Source of the DNA: an uncultured bacterium
GTDB taxonomy: Bacteria; Patescibacteriota; Minisyncoccia; Phycocordibacterales; UBA2100
Assembly (NCBI GenBank): GCA_903824595.1
Contig: CAIJXH010000004.1
Coordinates: 40,697-104,696 of the forward strand
DNA: 64,000 nt
Direction of reading: 5' to 3'
Shown here piece after piece: positions 58,021-64,000 of the stretch (its first letter is position 1; the number at the start of each line of letters is the position of its first letter). A program made the position numbers and the translations under genes. The notes beneath the pieces are model-generated. The model saw only the letters and a list, made by a program, of their open reading frames with translations. It had not been told where the DNA came from and searched no databases.

Positions 58021-58869
58021 CTAAAATTGCGACGCGGAAAAAGAGAAAACCTTGCCGGGATCAGTGTCCCCGAACGACACGTCGTACGCCGAAAACATAT
58101 TCGCAAGCCCCACAACGGCACGTATATAATCATCCGCCGCTGTATCATAGGCGAGCATGGCATGTACGCGTTCGGTATCGGTCGTTGCGCGTGGAACCGA
58201 TGTGAGCTTTTCTGCCATGTGAACATATCCGACTGAAAGCTGCGTTGCAATCGACGTAATCTCGGGAGGCGCATCATACAGTGCAAGCGCGTGACCAAGA
58301 GACGCGTATTCGTCTGCGAGAGACTCCACCGCATGGCGAGCCGCACTATCGGCAGGGTGATCAATTTGATCTTTGATCGTCGAGAGAATGGCAGGGTGTG
58401 ACACCTCAAATTCATGAAGCTTCGCGCCTATCGCATTACCATACTCATAGAGTTTCTGTTGTTGCGGTGTACGCACTTTCTCAACAGGTATGGTCGCAAG
58501 CCCTCCAGGGATGAGCGCGTATTCTGGCATATCAAGACCAAAAGCAGCAGAACTCGATGCATGTTCAGAGGTGGAATCGTGCGTATGCACCATATCAGTG
58601 AGAGTTTCAGTATCGCCAGATACGATCGACACATGATCTGAATTGGTGGTGACAATTCCTACCGTGCGCACGTCTCCTACAACAGGAAGAGAAGGAGTGT
58701 GGTAGGTCTCTGATATCGTATGAGCAAATATCGCGTCGCTATGTTCCCATGACTGCACTGACGCAATCGGCACGGGAATTGTTTTCACAACAAAGATACA
58801 CAGAAACACCCCAAGTATTCCACCTATACCTACGCCATAGGGTCGCATGTATTTCCACGACATACACAC
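58021..58869 (-). CDS. Membrane-anchored hypothetical protein, first gene (5'-most) of the minus-strand T4SS-like cluster.
   Basis: N-terminal TM GVGIGGILGVFLCIFVV, 282 aa. Confidence 0.4.
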   Translation of the reverse strand: MCMSWKYMRPYGVGIGGILGVFLCIFVVKTIPVPIASVQSWEHSDAIFAHTISETYHTPSLPVVGDVRTVGIVTTNSDHVSIVSGDTETLTDMVHTHDSTSEHASSSAAFGLDMPEYALIPGGLATIPVEKVRTPQQQKLYEYGNAIGAKLHEFEVSHPAILSTIKDQIDHPADSAARHAVESLADEYASLGHALALYDAPPEITSIATQLSVGYVHMAEKLTSVPRATTDTERVHAMLAYDTAADDYIRAVVGLANMFSAYDVSFGDTDPGKVFSFSASQF

Positions 58870-58895
58870 AGTATATAGGAATTACAAATCAAGAC

Positions 58896-59243
58896 ATGGC
58901 GCGATGGTACAATGCACTCATGCAATGGATGCGCACAATGGGAATCACGCTACTTATGATCTTGTGTATAACCCCCTCAACGGCACGGGCTTTCCCCTTT
59001 GGCGGTACAGCAGGCGTTGTGCTCCCCTGCTTCAACGCGACCATCTACGTAGCCGTGGGACCTCCGCTTGGAGGCAGCTTCATCTGGACTACTGCAACAA
59101 AGACGTTCCCCAATGGCCCTCCCACACACAGCGGGCAAAAACTTCTCGGGCTTGCGGGACCTCCGTACTACTGCATTTTTTCTATCGCACCTGTTATTAC
59201 GTGGGCTGGCATTGCGATGACGATGGTCGGCACAAGCAAGTAA
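58896..59243 (+). CDS. Small secreted/membrane protein (possible pilin-like). Plus-strand ORF between the T4SS-like cluster and ksgA.
   Basis: N-terminal hydrophobic signal MGITLLMILCITPSTARA and a C-terminal hydrophobic segment. Overlaps the ksgA 3' end on the opposite strand. Confidence 0.3.
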   Translation: MARWYNALMQWMRTMGITLLMILCITPSTARAFPFGGTAGVVLPCFNATIYVAVGPPLGGSFIWTTATKTFPNGPPTHSGQKLLGLAGPPYYCIFSIAPVITWAGIAMTMVGTSK

Positions 59244-60039
59244 TAGAGGTGGTGAATCGTTTCCAATCAAGAATGGTGAGACGTTCAGCGCGTATGCACG
59301 GATCTATATTTACGCTACCACACGCGCGATGCACAATCTCCTTATCATAGAGGTGCGTCATATTACTTCCAAACATCTTCCGTTTTGCCGCAAATCCCGC
59401 GTGCACGATTTTGAAAAAATCACGCTCGGTGATGTCTGAAAAGAAATCGCGTGTAATGTCTTCGATGAGCAAAATCGCGGAATCCACCGATGGCGGTGGG
59501 GAGAAATTGCCGCGCCCGACTTTTGCGACAATCTTCGGCACACCATACACCTTTACCGAAAGTGACAGCATGCTTTCTTTCTTATCGCGCGCAATAATGC
59601 GTTCCGCGACTTCTTTCTGAACAAGCAGCGCCATCGCACGTGGCTGCATTTCCGCGGTGAGAAATTGTTTGATGATTTCGCCGGTAATGTAGTACGGAAT
59701 ATTCGCCGCAACAACATATGCTCCCGACGGCGTGAAATCGCGCACGTCACCTATCACAATAGTGAGCTTCCCCGCCACAACGTCTGACGCAAACGTTGTA
59801 TGTAGTTCTTCCGCAAGCGCCTCGTCTTTTTCTATCGCGATGACGCGCGCGCCCGTCGCGAGCAGTTTTTGTGTGAGAGCGCCCTTGCCAGGACCGATCT
59901 CGACGATCGTCTCCCCCTCGCGTACCGCCACCGACTTCGCAAGCACGTCCGCATAGTGCGTGTTCGTCAAAAAATGCTGCCCCAGCCGCGCACCCCGCTT
60001 TTTCACGGTTGCTTTATGACTTTGGTAAAGTCTGACCAT
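59197..60039 (-). CDS. rsmA: 16S rRNA (adenine1518/1519-N6)-dimethyltransferase.
   Basis: LGQHFL, IVEIGPGKGALT, AANIPYYIT motifs of KsgA/RsmA. Confidence 0.85.
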   Translation of the reverse strand: MVRLYQSHKATVKKRGARLGQHFLTNTHYADVLAKSVAVREGETIVEIGPGKGALTQKLLATGARVIAIEKDEALAEELHTTFASDVVAGKLTIVIGDVRDFTPSGAYVVAANIPYYITGEIIKQFLTAEMQPRAMALLVQKEVAERIIARDKKESMLSLSVKVYGVPKIVAKVGRGNFSPPPSVDSAILLIEDITRDFFSDITERDFFKIVHAGFAAKRKMFGSNMTHLYDKEIVHRACGSVNIDPCIRAERLTILDWKRFTTSITCLCRPSSSQCQPT

Positions 60040-60284
60040 TGTTCAATACGGAACGCGCGAATATCGCGCACGGAGAGCGTAAACCATGGCAGAGCTTTGA
60101 GCGCGATGATCGCCTGAAACAAATTCGCCATGTCTTCGCTCTTTGTTACATACACACTGCCCTGTATCCTCTCAAAATCAAAATGCTCAAGTGTCGCGGC
60201 GATGTCCGTGTATGCCTGCGTGACGTTCTTGGGATGATGCTTGCTCGCATCGGCGACGACAAGATCGAACGTAATGGCGAACAT
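60003..60284 (-). CDS. vapD: VapD-family endoribonuclease (Cas2-like fold).
   Basis: MFAITFDL...IQGSVYV...WF..SVRDIRAFRI...DFT parallels H. influenzae VapD (MYAIAFDL...TQGSVYV...WFKKSVRDIRAFKV..DFT). Confidence 0.75.
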   Translation of the reverse strand: MFAITFDLVVADASKHHPKNVTQAYTDIAATLEHFDFERIQGSVYVTKSEDMANLFQAIIALKALPWFTLSVRDIRAFRIEQWSDFTKVIKQP

Positions 60285-60286
60285 AC

Positions 60287-60466
60287 CTATTCGACGGGGT
60301 CTGTGGCAATGTCTTTGATCGGGTATGCTGTCTCCTCTCCGGTTTCCAATACGCGGATTCGCGCGGATTTTTCGTCTATTTCTTTCAACACTTCGTAAAG
60401 CACCCCGTAAGACCCGAAGCGCCGGATGGAACCGACAAGTCGATCAGAAGTTACAACGTGATTCAT
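60287..60466 (-). CDS. 59-aa ORF immediately upstream of vapD (not in the >=60-aa ORF track). Putative VapX-like partner/antitoxin.
   Basis: Translated by hand: MNHVVTSDRLVGSIRRFGSYGVLYEVLKEIDEKSARIRVLETGEETAYPIKDIATDPVE*. Ends 2 nt before the vapD start. Confidence 0.35.
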   Translation of the reverse strand: MNHVVTSDRLVGSIRRFGSYGVLYEVLKEIDEKSARIRVLETGEETAYPIKDIATDPVE

Positions 60467-60517
60467 ACGGTGAGTGTAGCATTGTCTTTGGTGGATGCAA
60501 TCTAATCGCCCAAAATT

Positions 60518-62419
60518 CTACAACAACTCAATCATCCGCTCGCCTTCTTCGGGACGTCGATTTGGACTCGCCCACTCGATGAGTCGTTGATCGATCTCGC
60601 CGAGGAATTCCGACGGAAGCGCGTGTTCGCGCGAACCGTACTTCATGCGCTCATTTGCATACGAGAGGAAAAGCCGCTTGCGCGCACGCGTAACGGCGAC
60701 ATAAAAGAGGCGGCGCTCTTCTTCGGAATCCCGATCGTTGTCGCTCTCACGCATGGAAGGGAAAAGCCCCTGCTCAAGCCCCGTGACAAACACCGCATCA
60801 AACTCCAACCCTTTTGACGCATGCACCGTCATGAGCGATACCGCATCTTGCCGCTCATCCAGATTGTCTTGATCACTCTGAAGTGCCGCTTCTTCAAGCA
60901 AACGCTCCACGCCTTCGGGCGGCGGAGCGTCGTTGTACCGGGCGGCGAGGTTGACCAATTCGTGGACGTTGCCGATGCGCTCCATTCCCTCTTCCGTATC
61001 TTTTTTCAAAAAAGCCTCGATGCCGCTGATTTCAAACGCAAAGCGCACCGCGTCGGCACACGGCACCGTCTCGATCGCTTTTTTGATCGCCGCAAGCATA
61101 TCGCGAAACGCTGCCGCCTTCGCACCCGCCGCGCCGGGAAGTGCCTCTCCGGCAATCATCTTATCGACCGTCACCTTGCCGATGCCGCGCGGCGGTACCG
61201 CAATGATGCGGCGGATGTCGACGCCGCTTTTCGGGTTGAGCGCCGCACGCAGATACGAGAGTACGTCTTTCACTTCTTTGCGCTCAAAGAATCGCGTGCC
61301 GAGAATCCGGTACGGAATCCCCGACGCAAGCAGTGCTTCTTCGAGTGCGCGCGACTGGAAATTCTCGCGGTACAGAACGGCGATTTCGCGCGGAGAAATC
61401 CCCTGCCGTATGAGCTCTTCCGTTTTCGCCGCGACGAACCACGCCTCATCCGTCTCATTGAATGCGCCATACAGGAGAATCGGGTCGCCGGTCGGATTCT
61501 CGGTGAAAAGATGCTTTGGCTTGCGGCGCACATTTTTCTCGATCACCGAATTTGCGGCGGAGAGAATCGTGCGCGTCGAGCGATAGTTCTGTTCGAGCAA
61601 CACAACGGCAGTGCCCGGAAACGCATCTTCAAATGATAAAAAGTTTTCAATATCTGCTCCACGCCACCCGTAGACCAGTTGGTCCCCATCGCCCACTACA
61701 CATAGATTCCGCCGCTCCCCGGCCAACAATCGCGCGATTTCGTACTGTGAACGATTCGTATCTTGATACTCGTCGATCGTAATATGCGTCCAGCGGTTTT
61801 GAAGAAGCGACAAAACCGACGGATTGTCGCGAAGCAGGGTGAGTGTCCGCAGGAGCAAATCGTCGAAATCCAGTGCACCCTCATCCCGCATCGTTTTCTC
61901 GTACGCATCCCACACCCGAGCGATCGTCTGTTCGCGGAAACTGCTCGCGCGTTCGGCATACGCCGCACCCGACATACCATCACCCTTCTTGCGCGAGATC
62001 ACGCCGAGCGCGCTCTTTGCCTGCAAATCCCCAAACCCAAGACTCTCGATAATTCTCTTGATCGCTTTCATACTGTCGTCGCGATCCCAGATGGAAAAAT
62101 TGCGCTCTATCCCTGCTTCCTGATGAAACTCGCGCAAAAGCCGCACGCCAAGTGAGTGAAACGTCGCCAGAAACGGCATCCCGCCCGATCGCTCCCCAAG
62201 TAATCGCATCACGCGTTCGCGCATTTCTCCCGCAGCCTTATTCGTAAAGGTGACCGCAAGTATATTTCTGCCCGGCACGCCGCTTTCTATGAGATGCGCG
62301 ATGCGGTGCGTAATTGTTTTTGTTTTCCCAGCTCCCGCACCCGCAACAATGAGAACGGGTCCTTCCATTTTCAACACAGCCTCTCGCTGGCGATCATTCA
62401 ATCCATCAACATACGTCAT
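60518..62419 (-). CDS. pcrA: UvrD/PcrA-type ATP-dependent DNA helicase.
   Basis: LNDRQREAV...GPVLIVAGAGAGKTKTITHRIAHLI (motif I), TFTNKAAGEMRER, DEYQDTN, VGDGDQLVYGWRGA, C-terminal VTRARK motifs. Start at MTYVDG. Confidence 0.85.
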   Translation of the reverse strand: MTYVDGLNDRQREAVLKMEGPVLIVAGAGAGKTKTITHRIAHLIESGVPGRNILAVTFTNKAAGEMRERVMRLLGERSGGMPFLATFHSLGVRLLREFHQEAGIERNFSIWDRDDSMKAIKRIIESLGFGDLQAKSALGVISRKKGDGMSGAAYAERASSFREQTIARVWDAYEKTMRDEGALDFDDLLLRTLTLLRDNPSVLSLLQNRWTHITIDEYQDTNRSQYEIARLLAGERRNLCVVGDGDQLVYGWRGADIENFLSFEDAFPGTAVVLLEQNYRSTRTILSAANSVIEKNVRRKPKHLFTENPTGDPILLYGAFNETDEAWFVAAKTEELIRQGISPREIAVLYRENFQSRALEEALLASGIPYRILGTRFFERKEVKDVLSYLRAALNPKSGVDIRRIIAVPPRGIGKVTVDKMIAGEALPGAAGAKAAAFRDMLAAIKKAIETVPCADAVRFAFEISGIEAFLKKDTEEGMERIGNVHELVNLAARYNDAPPPEGVERLLEEAALQSDQDNLDERQDAVSLMTVHASKGLEFDAVFVTGLEQGLFPSMRESDNDRDSEEERRLFYVAVTRARKRLFLSYANERMKYGSREHALPSEFLGEIDQRLIEWASPNRRPEEGERMIELL

Positions 62420-62494
62420 GGGCGTACTATACCAAACAAACCTATCTTGTGATTCACGATCTTCGTCGCATAACAAAAATGCTATCATGATTCT

Positions 62495-62962
62495 ATGAAC
62501 ACGGATGAGCATAGGCTTCGATGGAAAGCCCGAGAATACGAACATGTTGAACGTCCACGCGATTGGTATTGGGCACTGAGCATAGTTGCCTCCAGCCTCG
62601 CTCTCGTCAGCGTGTTTTTCAACGATTATTTTTTCGCCATCATCATACTTGTCTCTGCGGGCACATTTGCACTCCTGGCGCACCATCCATCACCTCTTGT
62701 CGACATCGAACTCCTCGAGCGCGGCATTATGATCGACGGTTCTTTGTATCTTTTTGAGGATATCGTCGCGTTTTGGATAACATATGAAGAGCCTGTTCCT
62801 CTCCTGCTCATCGACACTACCAAAATTTGGTCTCCAAATATCGTTATACCACTCGTTGATGTCGACCCTGATGAGGTGCAAGAATTTCTTGCCGAACGTT
62901 CCGAGGAGCGCCCCATGAAAGAGCCTATTCAGTACAAACTCATCGCCATGCTCGGACTGTGA
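62495..62962 (+). CDS. Hypothetical membrane protein (2 TM).
   Basis: 155-aa ORF, WYWALSIVASSLALVSVFF / FAIIILVSAGTFALLA. Confidence 0.35.
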   Translation: MNTDEHRLRWKAREYEHVERPRDWYWALSIVASSLALVSVFFNDYFFAIIILVSAGTFALLAHHPSPLVDIELLERGIMIDGSLYLFEDIVAFWITYEEPVPLLLIDTTKIWSPNIVIPLVDVDPDEVQEFLAERSEERPMKEPIQYKLIAMLGL

Positions 62963-63000
62963 TAGGAAAAAACAAAGTTTATGGTACATTAGTCAGCACT

Positions 63001-63077
63001 GCCCTCGTCGTTCAATGGATAGGACGCATCCTTGCGGAGGATGTAATGTGGGTTCGATTCCTGCCGAGGGCACCAAA
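63001..63077 (+). tRNA. tRNA-Arg with anticodon GCG (as read), encoded CCA.
   Basis: Acceptor GCCCTCG/CGAGGGC, D-arm GTTC-AATGGATA-GGAC, anticodon stem CATCC/GGATG with loop TTGCGGA, T-arm GTGGG-TTCGATT-CCTGC, discriminator A, CCA. Confidence 0.7.
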
Positions 63078-63110
63078 AGAAGAAGTGTTGCGCTGTGTTA
63101 TACTCAACGC

Positions 63111-63710
63111 ATGCAAGAATATCAGGTGCGTGATTTTCTATTACCTGCCCTTGAGGGGATTTCAGACACATCAGTAAAAGCTCATGTGGAATTGTATGCG
63201 GGATACGTAAAGAATTTCAATGCGATCACGACACTCATCAACACTCTTGCGACATCCAACGACACAAGCAGCACGCTTGCAATTGCTGAACTAACACGTC
63301 GGCAATCGTTTGAATGGGGAGGAATGCGCTTGCACGAGCTGTATTTCGAGCAATGTGAAGGTGGCGCAACCGCGCTATCAAAAGAAAGCGCATGCGCCAT
63401 GGCAATCAATACTCAATACGGAAATCTCGATACGCTCATTGCACAGCTAGTCCGCACGGGAATGATGCGCGGTCCTGGATGGTCCATAGCATATTACGAT
63501 GCACATGCGCAGAAGTTTCATATTGGCTTTTCCGAAGAACAGCACGTCGGTCATTTTGCTTCACTTCCTGTTATCCTCGCACTCGACGTATGGGAACACG
63601 CCTATCTTCTTGATCACGGAACACAAGGAAAGAGGGCGTACATCGACGCTTTTTTCAAGAATGTGAATTGGGAGGTGGTGGAGAAGAGGTTTGCGAAAGC
63701 GCAGCCGTAA
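63111..63710 (+). CDS. Fe/Mn superoxide dismutase.
   Basis: C-terminal DVWEHAYLLDHGTQGKRAYIDAFFKNVNWEVV (canonical DxWEHAYY...NW.VV). ~199 aa. Confidence 0.85.
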   Translation: MQEYQVRDFLLPALEGISDTSVKAHVELYAGYVKNFNAITTLINTLATSNDTSSTLAIAELTRRQSFEWGGMRLHELYFEQCEGGATALSKESACAMAINTQYGNLDTLIAQLVRTGMMRGPGWSIAYYDAHAQKFHIGFSEEQHVGHFASLPVILALDVWEHAYLLDHGTQGKRAYIDAFFKNVNWEVVEKRFAKAQP

Positions 63711-63996
63711 CACTGAACAGCATCCCGTAAACGATCGCGAGCCACCACGCGCCAAATGCGGGGATGGAAAGTGAGGCAAACGGAAGAGAGGCGAACAGTC
63801 GCGCAACTCCGATGACGTAGCCAAGGAGCGCATATGCAGGAAAGCCAATGAGCGGCGCGAGTGGACCAGCAGCCCATCCGGCAAGTGCGGCGATACCGGA
63901 GAAAAACATCGCGAGCGGCATTACAGGGAGAGCAAGAAGATTGGCAGGAAGTGCATACAGAGATAGCTGACCATTTTGATACAGAAGCAGCGGCAA
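63655..63996 (-). CDS. Polytopic membrane protein, probably partial (continues beyond the window end).
   Basis: Hydrophobic ORF running to the window edge. The first Met is at 63996 but the true start may be further right. Confidence 0.3.
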   Translation of the reverse strand: MPLLLYQNGQLSLYALPANLLALPVMPLAMFFSGIAALAGWAAGPLAPLIGFPAYALLGYVIGVARLFASLPFASLSIPAFGAWWLAIVYGMLFSVTAALSQTSSPPPPNSHS

Positions 63997-64000
63997 GACA

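Noticed and set aside
45170-58869. Prophage or conjugative plasmid/ICE insertion.
   Set aside because: No integrase, relaxase, coupling protein, capsid, terminase or portal genes. No att-like direct repeats at the cluster borders. Flanked by housekeeping genes on both sides. Better explained as a chromosomal minimal T4SS-like apparatus.
62959-63177. 72-aa ORF overlapping tRNA-Arg.
   Set aside because: Completely overlaps a canonical tRNA cloverleaf with encoded CCA; no RBS.
1-64000. rRNA, tmRNA, RNase P RNA or SRP RNA genes.
   Set aside because: No long non-coding stretch and no recognisable conserved motifs were seen by eye. Only three tRNAs were found. Absence is not proven without a covariance-model scan.

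Overview
This 64-kb bacterial chromosomal window is densely coding. It mixes recognisable housekeeping genes with a large accessory component. Housekeeping genes: purA, comM, pnp, an hrpA-like DEAH helicase, rpsT, ruvA, a MurE-like ligase, polA, tsaE, rpsG, rpsL, ung, clpP, khpB/jag, ksgA/rsmA, pcrA/uvrD, a superoxide dismutase, and three tRNAs (Ser-TGA, Lys-TTT, Arg-GCG). A complete alternative spermidine pathway operon is present (speA-like arginine decarboxylase, carboxynorspermidine dehydrogenase, carboxynorspermidine decarboxylase, agmatinase). An AbiEii-type toxin pair is embedded in that operon by ATGA start/stop overlaps. The accessory content is: (i) a ~13.7-kb minus-strand type-IV-secretion/conjugation-like cluster carrying two copies of a 120-bp MITE-like palindromic element, each with its own 9-bp flanking duplication and a compensatory substitution in the stem (cluster parts: VirB2/TrbC-like pilin, split VirB4 ATPase, VirB3-like, VirB6-like, a peptidoglycan-binding protein, several secreted/membrane proteins); (ii) an IS200/RAYT-type HuH transposase with four copies of a 19-bp REP-like palindrome; (iii) two structurally parallel, integrase-less insertions that duplicate the 3' end of a host gene (comM; ung) and carry one cargo gene each; (iv) a VapD (Cas2-like) gene with a small upstream partner ORF; (v) several giant or low-complexity secreted proteins, two sharing a C-terminal module. 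No rRNA, CRISPR array, prophage structural genes or reverse transcriptase were seen. The gene content (small housekeeping proteins, many giant Gly/Ser/Thr-rich secreted proteins, a T4SS-like/competence theme) is reminiscent of small-genome Patescibacteria/CPR-like bacteria, but that is inference only. All coordinates were derived by hand from the ORF track and sequence and may be off by a few nucleotides.
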